Shown: one piece after another, positions 15,924 through 27,643 of the stretch
Position numbering within the stretch: position 1 is the stretch's first letter
Layout: every line of letters begins with the position of its first letter
From: Eledone cirrhosa
Lineage: Eukaryota
Length of the DNA stretch: 64,000 bases
NCBI GenBank assembly: GCA_964016885.1
Contig: OZ024746.1
Coordinates: 12,524,001-12,588,000, forward strand
Reading direction: 5' to 3'
Notes under the pieces: generated by a model
Databases searched by the model: none
What the model saw: only the letters and a program-made list of their open reading frames with translations
Told to the model about the DNA's origin: nothing
Program-made: the position numbers and the translations under genes

Positions 15924-17414
15924 CCTACAGATCAGTTATTATACGTTATTAATTTGACATATATATACATATGTCTCTAGCAGGAACTTAGATAAACTGA
16001 CCGCATATTCAAACAAAATATATCTATAATTCTGGTATGTTTGGTGGATACTCTGAAGTAAAAGATAAAATGTTGACCAGTTGAGTAGGTGGCTCAGTTT
16101 TGATCCTCAGTTAATGCTCTTTTAATTCACTTTCGTTGCTTGTGATCTTGAAGAAAAGGCTTAAACATTTCCCCTACAAATCTCAGCTTCATCCATCCAA
16201 CTGTTTTTTTTTGTGTGTTTTTTTAGTACTCCGAAAGACTGTATAAGGGTGGGAGGGAGTAATATCTTCAAAGAGGCGGAAATAAAGTGAATTCAACCAG
16301 AAATAAAAACAGTTCGTGAAATTAGGATTCGTTTTGTATTAGCCATTGTATTGTTGGCTCAGTACATCATGTTCATGTATTGTGTCTTGGAAATATAATT
16401 TTGGGGAAACCTAACCCCCTCTGGGTTATATCCGTAGGGTGAATGGAACTGATAACTGCATGTTAACAATAATAACACTACACAGTGAGTTGTTCCTGAT
16501 CCAGTCTCTCTTTACAGTAAAATATAAACTGCGAACTGTATCAGACACTTAACTAGGACGTCTGAGTTGACTTAGCTTTAAGTGGTTGAGCCTATGGCAG
16601 TGGGGACTGCCGGCATTCTGGGCCCCTATACCACATCCCTGCTCCCTGCTATCGAAGCGGAGCTGGCTACCAACAAGTGTGAGCCCCACGAGGTGAAATG
16701 GCTGATCAGGTGCGTCTCCTTCACCGTCTTCCGGGGCAATGTATTCTTCATCCTGTCGGCGGGGAAGCGGCCTGTCTCTTAAGATATGCTGTTTGTATTC
16801 TATGGTTTATTTTACCAGTTGACCAGACTTTACACTAAGGTTTACATTCCTCAAGAAGGCAGCGAATTGGCAGAGAGGTTAAAACGTCAAATACTTTGCA
16901 GTACTCGTTCCAGCTCTTTGTGCTCTCAGTTCAATCCCGTCGAGGTCAACTTTGCCTTTAATCTTTTCGAGGTCGATATAAAAATACCAGTCATATACGG
17001 GGTCGATTCTTTCTCTATGTATCTTTCTATCTTCATCTCTCCCTCTCTCTCTGGAAGAAATAGGATCCATCCATTCATTAACAATGCAAGTGAAGTAAAA
17101 TAACTTAAACTGGATATTGAAACCTGAATGCAGACTCGGTTCGCTGGCAACCTGTATCATGTATTATATAGTACTCGCTTTAGATTGCCCATGTAAAATT
17201 GATAGCTTAAAGCGAGCTGTTTCGCATGATATATTAATGGGCGGAGAAACGAGAAGTTCTGATGTTTATTCTTTTCATTAAGATTAGCAAAGTGGGTGGG
17301 TTTACATTTAGTTTAACTTCTGTATTAAAAGTCGGATTCCGTAGCAAAAAATTCTGGTTTTAGTATTAGATTCGGTAAATAAGAGCTTTCCGTTTATACA
17401 TGTACATACGAGTA

Positions 17415-17455
<41 letters not shown>

Positions 17456-17560
17456 TTTATTACTTTATTATTATCATTTACTATTAAATGTTTGTGTTTT
17501 TCTTGGGTATTATGTTTGTTTCGCAGACAGCCTCTAACAACGAACAAGTGGAGCTACAGA

Positions 17561-17566
17561 TATAAA
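17561..17566 (+). promoter_or_regulatory. Possible TATA box of the carbonic anhydrase gene
   Basis: TATAAA followed by a GC-box-like CCCGCC, ~220 bp upstream of the exon 1 ATG, in non-repetitive sequence. Confidence 0.3.
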
Positions 17567-17780
17567 CAGCCCGCCTCCCCAAAAGAAAGCTGACAGATAA
17601 CCACTCTATTTAGTACAGCTTGCCTGCTTAACTTACAACTTTCTCTTCTCTGATTCCATTTCAGCACCACAGTCAAGTGTCAGTTGATTTAACAACAGCA
17701 AGTGCACGTTAGCTCCTCTTCAGACTTCTCCATTCACGTACATATTACAGTCGATCTCACTACAACAAACATCATTGAAA

Positions 17781-17820
17781 ATGTGTGCTGCTGCTACTTG
17801 GGGTTACAAAAAGGATAATG
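17781..17820 (+). CDS. CA: Alpha-carbonic anhydrase, coding exon 1 (MCAAATWGYKKDNG)
   Basis: WGY motif of the alpha-CA N-terminus; GTAAAT donor at 17821, phase 1, completes G|GT with exon 2 to give NGPSVW. No signal peptide. Confidence 0.85.
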
Positions 17821-17959
17821 GTAAATATTACTATTTTATTATAACTACTATTGTGAATAGTTGCGTGTGTGTGTCGGTGTGTGTGTGTTGTGTGTGTGTG
17901 TGTTGTGTGTGTGTGTGTGTACAGCGCGCGCATTTCTCTCTTTCTATCTCCCTTTCACA

Positions 17960-18555
17960 CATGTATGTATGTATGAATAAATGTATATATGTATGAATAA
18001 ATGTATGTATGTATGTATGTATGTATGTATGTATGTATGTATGTATGTATGTATGTATGAATAAATGTATGTATATATGTATATATGTATGAATGAATGT
18101 ATGTATGTAAGTACGCATACATGCATGTATGTATGTATGCATGCATGTATGCATGTATGAATGTATGCATGCATGTATGTATGTATGTATGCATGCATGC
18201 ATGCATGCATGTATGTATGTGTGTATGTATGCATGCATGCATGTATGTATGTATGCATGGATGTATGTATTTATGTATGTATGTATGTATGTATGCATGC
18301 ATGCATGCATGCATGCATGTATGTATGTATGCATGCATGCATGTATGTATGCATGCATGTATGTATGTATGCATGTATGCATGTATGTATGCATGCATGT
18401 ATGTATGTATGCATGTATGTATGTATGTTTGTAAGTATACATGTATGTATGTATGTATGTATGTATGTATGTATGTATGTATATATGCATGTATGCATGC
18501 ATGTATGTATGTATGTATGCATGTATGTTTGTATGTATGTTTGTATGTATGTATG
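17960..18555. repeat. (TATG/CATG)n tetranucleotide microsatellite (similar tract 20675-21100)
   Basis: Direct reading. Confidence 0.95.
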
Positions 18556-18956
18556 TTCTGGTTTTATGAGTTTATACATTTTTACCAATAGAGAGAGTCG
18601 ATTTCTAACATAGACACAAGACTCTCTCGTTGGAATTTAAACATCAACTAGGTAGATATGTGTGTGTAGGTATGGATGTTATTGTATGTGTGGATGTGTA
18701 TGTTTTGAGTTGTTTGTGTGCATGTATATGCTTTGTATCTGTACATGTGTATATGCAGTTATTACATGCAGAATTTTTTGAACGTTTTACATATTTTTAC
18801 TGCTCCATTAATGGATTGTACTTGTAATTTCCTAACTAATTGTGTTCTTTCTGTTCCTGTGAAGCCTAGCTTCTCAAGATTTGTATTGAGGCAATTTCTA
18901 ACATATGTATGTATGTGTGCGCGAGAGCCCCTGTTTGTACTTTTCTTTTCCATGTT

Positions 18957-18991
<35 letters not shown>

Positions 18992-20482
18992 GTTTGTATG
19001 TATGTATATATATATATATAGAGAGAGAGGGGGGGGGAGGTAATTGCATCAATATGTTCATTTCAAAGAAAGATAAAAGGAAAATTAAGTGCAAGTTGGA
19101 TATTGTAGCTTCTTCCACACACTATTCTCTTCTTAAACACTTTATATTCATTACACATACGTAATGTTTGGTGTCGAGGCCTTAATAATTTCTAATAAAT
19201 TTCTTAATAAAAACTAAAATCTATTGAAACGATTTTAGCGAAATATATATATATTCTATCTAGGGAGATCAATACACGTATAGATGAGTGTTTTATGATT
19301 TACAATATTTTATGATTTACAAAAGAATTTAACTATTGTTTTTTCACTACTTTATCGGTAAATAATTCAGTTATTTGACCTCCCAAGTTTCCGAAGTCCT
19401 ACAAAGGCTATGGTCACGACCCCTTTATTTAAACCAATAGAAATGAATTATTAAATATTACTATACAGCACTGACCGACTGAAGAAGCCAGCGTGGCGCG
19501 GTAAAATCACGTTATCCTATTGTTAGGGCGAAATGACCGGCTAAATCAAGTTATTGACTATCCACTCCTAACTCGTGAATTAAAATCTGTTGCAGGTGTT
19601 TCGCCCAGAAAGGAGAAAATCATCATTTACCTGTTTGGTATAGGAACAAGTTATCGGGGGACATTAGTTGAGTGTTAACAACATTAAGTGTTGGTCGTTA
19701 GTCGTTAGTCGTTAGTCGTGAGGAATATAAATAATTTCTTATCATAAGCACGCCATAATATTTTGAGGGGGTGTTGTAGTCGATTCCAGTGCTTGACTGC
19801 AATGGAAAGTTAGACTGTAACCATGTTATACTTTATTTTATATATACATATATACACCAGGTCCGGAAACAAAAGAACCAAACCCCTACTGTCACCGCCT
19901 CCGTCTCTCCAGCTCTCCACATCTCTCATTATTGTGAACAAATGGGGTCCCACGCGCTGGCCGCCCCACGGCCCCGGCGGACAGAATAGATAAGGCATTT
20001 CACCGAAGGGTGGAGAGGGAGACGCGCTGGAAGAGCCATTCCTGCTCACGAAGCTCACACCCGCGGGAAGCCAGCTCTGTGCGGATGGTGGTGATCAGGG
20101 AGATGGCCCTAGGGCGAAGGACACCAGAAGTCTCCACTGTCACAGGATCGACCCCAAACCTGTCGGAGAGCGAATTTTATTTCATCGATTACAAAAGGAT
20201 GGAAGATATAGTCAGCAATGACGTGATTTCAACTAAGAATGTAAAAGGGATATAATAGATTGCTCTGCCATTTTCCCCTGTGTTTTACCAATTCTGTCAA
20301 TACTCTGCCGTAGAGTTAATACTTTTTTACACACCTCTATTACCAAATATAGTGCTAGTTACTCTAACTGTAGAAAAGAGGGTTACCTATTAAGATATTA
20401 ATAGGTAACCCTCTTTTCTACAGTTAGAGTAACTAGCACTATATTTGGTAATAGAGGTGTGTAAAAAAGTATTATACATAAA

Positions 20483-20646
20483 CAGTGCCGGGTTTACCAT
20501 TGTGCTTAGGTGTGCTTAAGTACAGGACCCTGTTGGCCGAGGTGGCATCTTCCTGCCAAACAAATTTTTTACCTCTTTCAGGGCTGAAGTCAGGGGCCTC
20601 ATAACTTAAGTAGTATGGGGCCTCATTTGTCTTAAATGCGGCACTG
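20483..20646. mobile_element. hAT-type MITE
   Basis: TIR CAGTGCCG...CGGCACTG with perfect 8-bp target-site duplication TACATAAA (20475-20482 and 20647-20654). Confidence 0.85.
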
Positions 20647-20911
20647 TACATAAACATATCGTATATGCTTTCATATGTATGTGTGTACGTATGTATGTGT
20701 GTATGTATGTATGTATGTATGTATGTATGTATGTATGTATGTATGTATGTATGTATGTATGTATGTATGTGTGTATGTATGTATGTATGTATGTATGTGT
20801 GTACGTATGTATGTGTGTGTGTATGTATGTGTGTGTACGTATGTATGTGTGTACGTATGTATGTGTGTATGTATGTATGTATGTATGTATGTATGTATGT
20901 ATGTATGTATG

Positions 20912-20944
<33 letters not shown>

Positions 20945-21263
20945 GTGTATGTACGTGTGTATGTGTGTGTGTATGTATGTGTGTGTGTACGTATGTATGT
21001 GTGTTTTTATGCATGTATGTTTGTATGTACGTATGTTTGTATATATGTATGTGTGTATGTATGTATGTATGTATGTATGTATGTATGTATGTATGTATGT
21101 ACGGACCCGTAACTTCTGATGGAGTTATAGGGGGGGGGGGGGACAGTAGTGACATATGTCGGGTATTGAACATTTTAAAGCTGAGGGAACCCATTCCCTT
21201 TCCAGCTGATTTCTTCCAGAGAGGAAGTAAGAATTGACTCCAGTATTGGACTGCTGCTTTTCT

Positions 21264-21849
21264 TTTATGGAAATAATTGTTTCTACTTTAGGCACAAGGC
21301 CAACAATTACCCAGTGCATTACTGGTACTTTATGGAAATAATTTTTCTACTTTAGGCACAAGGCCAGCAATTACCCAGTGCATTACTGGTACTTTATGGA
21401 AATAATTTTTCTACTTTAGGCACAAGGCCAGCAATTACCCAGTGCATTACTGGTACTTTATGGAAATAATTTTTCTACTTTAGGCACAAGGCCAGCAATT
21501 ACCCAGTGCATTACTGGTACTTTATGGAAATAATTTTTTCTACTTTAGGCGCAAGGCCAGCAATTACCCAGTGCATTACTGGTACTTTATGGAAATAATT
21601 TTTCTACTTTAGGCACAAGGCCAGCAATTACCCAGTGCATTACTGGTACTTTATGGAAATAATTTTTTCTACTTTAGGCGCAAGGCCAGCAATTACCCAG
21701 TGCATTACTGGTACTTTATGGAAATAATTGTTTCTACTTTAGGCGCAAGGCCAGCAATTACCCAGTGCATTACTGGTACTTTATGGAAATAATTGTTTCT
21801 ACTTTAGGCGCAAGGCCAGCAATTACCCAGTGCATTACTGGTACTTTAT
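21264..21849 (-). repeat. 9 x 64-65 bp tandem repeat of the SINE 3' tail
   Basis: Unit TTTATGGAAATAATT..TCTACTTTAGGC(A/G)CAAGGCCAGCAATTACCCAGTGCATTACTGGTAC; contiguous with the SINE body at 21850-21975. Confidence 0.9.
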
Positions 21850-22149
21850 TTTATCGACCCCGTAACGATGAAAGGCAAAGTCAACCTCGGCGGGATTTGA
21901 ACTCAGAATGGCAAGGGCCGTAACTATGCGTCAAAGCATGGCGTCCGACCCTCTACCGATACTGCCAATCCCCCCTTCTGGAAATAATGAAAGGCAAAGT
22001 TGTCCGCGGTGGTACTTCAACTTATAGAGCAGAGAGCCGGCACGAATCTCGCAAAGGATTCTATCTGACGTTCTAACGACTTTATCAATTCTCTACCTTA
22101 TTCATTCACATACACCTCTATTATGAATGATGCTATGTTAGTGCCATTG

Positions 22150-22200
<51 letters not shown>

Positions 22201-22204
<4 letters not shown>

Positions 22205-22394
22205 CGAAGGAAATGTGGTAAGGAACCAGATGGACCATAACGCACCAAAGTACTCAATACTTAGGGTAGTAGAGTGGATAATAGGAACAAGTATGACCCC
22301 GACGGCAGAGCTCAAGCCTTTTCGACGGCTAATTCTGGAGTCCAGAATTAGCCGTCGAAACGGCTTGAGCTCTGCCGTCGGGGTCATACTTGTT

Positions 22395-22400
<6 letters not shown>
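22201..22400. mobile_element. Foldback PLE-terminus-like element in (TA)n (second copy ~59096-59293)
   Basis: Near-perfect ~57-bp-arm hairpin containing GAAA-CGGC-TT; same architecture in both copies, both TA-flanked. Confidence 0.6.
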
Positions 22401-22438
<38 letters not shown>

Positions 22439-24172
22439 CTAATGTTGATCTTGTTTGCTAACAATCGGGATGACAATACAATGTTATTTTGTGATCTACG
22501 TCAACTCTTGGTGATCGAAACTTTTGTCTTAAACTTCATTCTGGGGCCATGGCGGAGAGGATGTCATCTATAGTATTGATTAGGGAGGGTGTCAACTGTA
22601 GTATAGATTAGGGGGGAATGTCAACTATAGTGTTTATTGTGGGGGGGGGGTCAACTATAGTGTTGCCAGTGGGGTAGGCGTGACTATCTAAAAAAATATA
22701 TGTACAGAAAACGTAAGTCTATATTATAAGTGGCAGAAGAATAGATGTAATTGTGAGTTGTCTAATACATATATCAATGAAAAGTCTTTCACATTCCATA
22801 TTCAGTGAGTGTACGTACATTACTAACAGCTCTGGCTTGGCTATTCATACCAGTGCTTGCGGCGCACCTAAGAATTATCTTCTGTTGTATTTTGCTTTTA
22901 TTTTATTTTCATAGTTTACTTGATAATCTAGGTTAACGACTGGCAATATATATATACAACTGCTGTCAGGGCATTTTGTCTTTGTGCAGTGTGTCCGATG
23001 CAAAACAGATTGGTGGAGCCCATCCCCTCTATAAAATATTCATGAAAAGATTGGAAATAAACGAAATAGTCTTTAGATATACAGTTTTAGTAACTTTCAC
23101 TAAACTTCCTGTTTAGGAGTTACGAATTCAAATATGTCTGACTGCTTCGTTCTGTTTCTGAGGGAAACACTTTAATCTACATATCCTTAATCAATTATAT
23201 GCAATTTATATTAACAAACTCCTGTTATTATAACCCGCACTCTAAACAGAAGGGAAATAGCAATGAAATAAATTACATGTAAAATACCAAAAGAAATATT
23301 AAGTAGATTAGCAGAAATTAAGATGTAAAGCTTAAGGGCTGTCCCTCATTAAAAAGATTTGAGAATATTTATCTTGGGAACAATAGAGATATTCATTTAT
23401 TTATTCATTATTAACTGTTTAAGATTTACAGTGATGCGATACCGCTAATAGAATTCAAATCGTTAGCCTTTTCTGCTCTGTCTCGATTATTTTCGATGAC
23501 ATTAATAAATGATTATATAAGCATTAACTTCTCCATCTTGGTATTGCTTTCTTTTTAACTTAGACTCAATTCGGGCTTAGAACCGCTTAAGGAAAACATG
23601 AGAAATGTTTGTGGGTTGTGTCAGCTAAGATAAAGTTATCGCTGTTTTCGTTTCATTGAATTTATTGTTACCACACATGAATATGAGGAGGCAAGAAGAA
23701 AGATATGGCATGTTAGTGAGATTTTTTATTGATCGTCACTTGGATGTAACTTAGTGTAATAACAGCTGCCTGACAAATAAGGTTTATTTTAATGTGGAAA
23801 GCTTACAGTGTTAGTTTATAACAGAAGCTCAACACATGAGGACTATTTTAATTTATAATGTCAGTAACTGATTAAAGGTGGAATATTTTATAACTCTCAA
23901 GAAAGGGAGATAAGGTGGAGAGGTAGATAGATATATTTCTTTATTAGCCACAGGGGCACAAAAGAAGGGGACAAATACAAAGGGGGAAGTTTACATACAA
24001 TAAAAACGTGTAAAATGTTATCACAGACGGAATTTAAAAGTTAGTCGATTTTCCCCAATAGAGGGAGACAGTTTATATGGGTAACACAGACCCCCGAAAA
24101 AAATGTGCAACCCTCATCTCCAGGAGTACGAAGAGCTTGTACTCCTTTCCTCTCCTCCTCCTTTTCCTCAAC

Positions 24173-27100
24173 CTACAGGCTGATATAGAGAGAAGGCCCA
24201 TTCACTCGGGCCATTCTCGCCACTTTCACCCACCTTTCATAAAACTTGCTGGGGTACAGCACCTCTCTCTCCATCCTGATTCTTCTTCCAAAGTGGTATT
24301 TGAAAAAAAGAATCAGTTGTTGGCCGGAGAGAAAGGTGTCTGACCTCAGCCCTTTCAACCTTGTCCACCATACAACCTCTTTCGCCATAGCTATCACACA
24401 AAGGAAAACCGCCTCTCCTTCGTTTTTGAAGGAGGGTGGCGGTTTGATCATGACAATGGACTCGGTGGTCAACTGGATTGGTCCCACCCGCGACAATAGT
24501 CGTTCCACATAGCCCCACAGGTCAGTGACGCCCGGGCAGTGTATGAATGCGTGCGCGACGGTTTCTTCGTCTCGCACGCACCTCGGACAGATCTTTTTTG
24601 CAGGGTCCCTGCCCGGGCGCCCATGTCTGTAGAGCTTGTCTCGAACTGGTAGAGCTCCTCGGTAGCACTGCCAGGCCAGGGACTTTTGGAAGTTGTCCAT
24701 CGGTCCCGGGCGGAAGGTCCTACCGAACAGACTGGCCAGTTCATCTTCCTCCACGCCTAGAGTTTCACCGAGCGCGTCGTCGCACTTGCTGCGGACCAAC
24801 CCTCTATAGAATGACGAAGTGGAGTCTCCACTGATCGCCGGGTCCGCCTGCCAGAGGGCTGTGAGCGCCTGAGCACATTCGATGTGCCAGTCGCCCATTT
24901 TCCTCGGTCTCTGCTTGACCCAGGACTGCAGCTCGGTCAGCGAGACGAGTCGTGGGAAGGCTCGCCTCACGAACGGGGCCCACACCGGTTGTCCGGTGAG
25001 GAATACGTAGAGATGCCGCAGCCTGAGCGCGTGTTTGCGCATCGTCAACCACGGCATCCCCAGCCCTCCGTTAGAAGGGTGTTGGCAGCAGATGGATCTT
25101 CTTACCAAAGGAGCCCGCCTCTTCCAAAGGAATTGGAAGAGGGCGCGCTCCATTTTGGCGAGCGTTTTGGCTGGACAAGGCACGACGGTCAAGCGGTAGT
25201 AGATGGCGGACGCTATAAAAGTGTTCGCCACCTCCGCTCGACCTTTCAAGGATAGTTTGCACTCGGCCCACTTCTGGGTGAGTGCAAACACCTTGGCCGT
25301 CACTTCGTTCCAGTTCTTCTCCACCTGGAGGTCCGGACCAAACCAGACCCCGAGCAGCTTTACCGGTCCTTCCGTCCAGCGTCCGACGACGCCATCGGAA
25401 GGCATCGGTCTGCCTCTCCACGATCCGAGTTGCAAACCGATGGACTTGTCCCGGTTCAGCTTCGCTCCTGTGAGACTTTCGTATTCCTTTAGTAAGGTGC
25501 CGACTTCCTCGATTTGCGAGGCGCTCGACACCATTACTGTCACGTCGTCGGCGTAGGCCGACGCCGCTTTCCGCAGTCCCGGTTCCAGAGGGATGCCCTG
25601 CAATAGCTCCAGCTTCCGCAGTAGTGGCTCGAGAGTCAGTACGTACAGAAGGGAGGAGAGAGGGCATCCCTGTCGAATGGATCGCGTAATATGGAACGGC
25701 TCCGAGAGGTAACCGTTCACCTTGACCCTTGAGCAGATGTTGCTGTTGTGCATTGCAGCAATCCAGCCCCTGAACACGGGTCCGAAGCCTGCCGCCTCGA
25801 GCACCGCATCCAGGTAACGATGGTCAACCCTATCGAAAGCCTTAGACTGATCCAAGTTGATCAGGGCCCCACCGAAGCCGGGTTTACACCCTACCCTCTC
25901 TATGATGTATCGCATGAGGTGGAGGTTGTCGTGTATGGACCTGGTCGGGATCGCGCATGTCTGCGCTTCTCCCACCAGGTTCTCGACGACAAGCGCCAGC
26001 CTCTTTGCCAACACCTTGGCCAAAATCTGTAACTCTGTGTTTAGCAGAGTTATGGGCCGGAAGTTGCCTATGTCATCCCCCTTATTCTCGTCCTTCCTGA
26101 TTAGTGTGACCACGCCCCCGGTTACAGAATTGGGAATTCTCCCGTTCTGTTGCCAGTTGCAGTAGACCGCTTCCAGGAGACCGGAGAATAAGTCCGGCAT
26201 TGCTACGTAAAATTCGTAGGGTAGACCGTCGAGACCTGGAGATTTGCGTTTGCCGCATTGGCTCAGCGCGTCCCCTATCTCAGTGGCTGAAATCGGCTTT
26301 TCGCAGAACTTCGCCTCGCTGTCCGAGAGTCGCGGTAGGCCGTCGAGGTATGGACCGAAATCCATAGCCTCTCCCGGCGCGCCGCTCCCCCCGAACAGCC
26401 GAGCAAAGTGCCGCTGAAAAGCCGCACACATCTGCTTCGGCTCACGTATCACGCGTCCGTTTTGGTCCTTCAAAGACCGAATCGTGGACTTGTTGCCACT
26501 TTTTGCCTCCGTCACTCGGGCCCAGCTAACAGCTTTGGCTCCCTCGTTTCCCAGAGCACGTATTTTGCTTCTGACAACGCAGCCCTCGTGCTTTGCGTCG
26601 AAGAACTGGTCCAAGGCCGTTCTCGTTGCTAGCACGCTGGCTACGTTGCCACTTCTAATAGCCTCTTCTACTTTATCTACCAGTTCCTTCTCGGTTCTAT
26701 TTCTATCTAACGCTAATTCTTTACTAAAAACTATCGAGTCTAATCTAACTGCCCTCTTGAGAGAGTACCACCATCTGTTGTTGACAATGGCCCCTGTCAA
26801 GTGCTGTTTAACTAAAGTGCTAATCCGTCTACTGTAGGCTTTGCTTGTCGGTAACGACAAGTTCAGCTTCCAGTAGCCGGGTCCTTGTCTATGGGTTCTA
26901 TCAAGGTTGGCCATGCAGGTCACTAGTTTGTGATCTGAATAGGCAACCATGAACATTTGTGGACAGCTTAACATGTCCCTATCCTTATTTCTAACTAGAA
27001 CCCTATCTAGGTACGATCTAGATGTTCCGCTACGATTACTCCACGTCCACAGTGGCGCAGTCGGAAAATCTAGTCGATATCTATCGGCCAGGTCAAATCG

Positions 27101-27610
27101 GTCGATTAACTGTTTGAGGCTGTTACACCCCCCTTTATCGGGACATGCTCCCACATAGTCCCAACGTGCATCTAGGATTCCATTCCAGTCCCCCACTAAA
27201 AGCAAGGAGCGGGACGTTCCCAGAAAAGTCTCTAGACGTTTGAAGAAGTCTGGCCGCGGTGTCCCGGATGGGGCATATGCGGCCACCAGCCTGAACGCTC
27301 CACCTTCACTACCGTCAACGTCTAGGACCACCAGTCGACCCTCCGGGTCCAGATGTACCGTCTGTGTTACGAGGCCCAGGTGTTTCCGCAGCAAAACGGC
27401 AACTCCGCCCCCACCCCCCGGTTGACAGAGAGATGCGTAGATCTCAAAGTCATCGAAGATGGGGGCCAGCTGTCGCTCGCCGTGGATCCTGGACTCGCAA
27501 ATGGCTACCACATCCAAACTGTGCGACCTGAGGTCGTTTAAGAGTTTGCCCTGTTTCCAGGGCATCCCCAGGCCGCGTACGTTCACACATCCAACTCTTA
27601 TATTGGCCAT
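24173..27610 (-). CDS. LINE ORF2: apurinic-like endonuclease + reverse transcriptase + C-terminal CCHC zinc finger (1145 aa)
   Basis: VNVRGL, ICES, GDWN, YLDRVL, SDH (APE); KSPGLDGL, FRPITLLN, DQSKAFDRV, RQGCPLS, AYADD (RT); CPRC..ETVAHAFIHC. Confidence 0.96.
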   Translation of the reverse strand: MANIRVGCVNVRGLGMPWKQGKLLNDLRSHSLDVVAICESRIHGERQLAPIFDDFEIYASLCQPGGGGGVAVLLRKHLGLVTQTVHLDPEGRLVVLDVDGSEGGAFRLVAAYAPSGTPRPDFFKRLETFLGTSRSLLLVGDWNGILDARWDYVGACPDKGGCNSLKQLIDRFDLADRYRLDFPTAPLWTWSNRSGTSRSYLDRVLVRNKDRDMLSCPQMFMVAYSDHKLVTCMANLDRTHRQGPGYWKLNLSLPTSKAYSRRISTLVKQHLTGAIVNNRWWYSLKRAVRLDSIVFSKELALDRNRTEKELVDKVEEAIRSGNVASVLATRTALDQFFDAKHEGCVVRSKIRALGNEGAKAVSWARVTEAKSGNKSTIRSLKDQNGRVIREPKQMCAAFQRHFARLFGGSGAPGEAMDFGPYLDGLPRLSDSEAKFCEKPISATEIGDALSQCGKRKSPGLDGLPYEFYVAMPDLFSGLLEAVYCNWQQNGRIPNSVTGGVVTLIRKDENKGDDIGNFRPITLLNTELQILAKVLAKRLALVVENLVGEAQTCAIPTRSIHDNLHLMRYIIERVGCKPGFGGALINLDQSKAFDRVDHRYLDAVLEAAGFGPVFRGWIAAMHNSNICSRVKVNGYLSEPFHITRSIRQGCPLSSLLYVLTLEPLLRKLELLQGIPLEPGLRKAASAYADDVTVMVSSASQIEEVGTLLKEYESLTGAKLNRDKSIGLQLGSWRGRPMPSDGVVGRWTEGPVKLLGVWFGPDLQVEKNWNEVTAKVFALTQKWAECKLSLKGRAEVANTFIASAIYYRLTVVPCPAKTLAKMERALFQFLWKRRAPLVRRSICCQHPSNGGLGMPWLTMRKHALRLRHLYVFLTGQPVWAPFVRRAFPRLVSLTELQSWVKQRPRKMGDWHIECAQALTALWQADPAISGDSTSSFYRGLVRSKCDDALGETLGVEEDELASLFGRTFRPGPMDNFQKSLAWQCYRGALPVRDKLYRHGRPGRDPAKKICPRCVRDEETVAHAFIHCPGVTDLWGYVERLLSRVGPIQLTTESIVMIKPPPSFKNEGEAVFLCVIAMAKEVVWWTRLKGLRSDTFLSGQQLILFFKYHFGRRIRMEREVLYPSKFYERWVKVARMARVNGPSLYISL

Positions 27611-27643
27611 GTTGGTGCTGAAAAGTTAAAAGAGGAAAAGAGA

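Noticed and set aside
16582-16782. GC-rich 66-aa ORF (similar GC-rich patch at 19860-20170) as a host exon
   Set aside because: No recognisable domain or splice context; more likely transposon debris.
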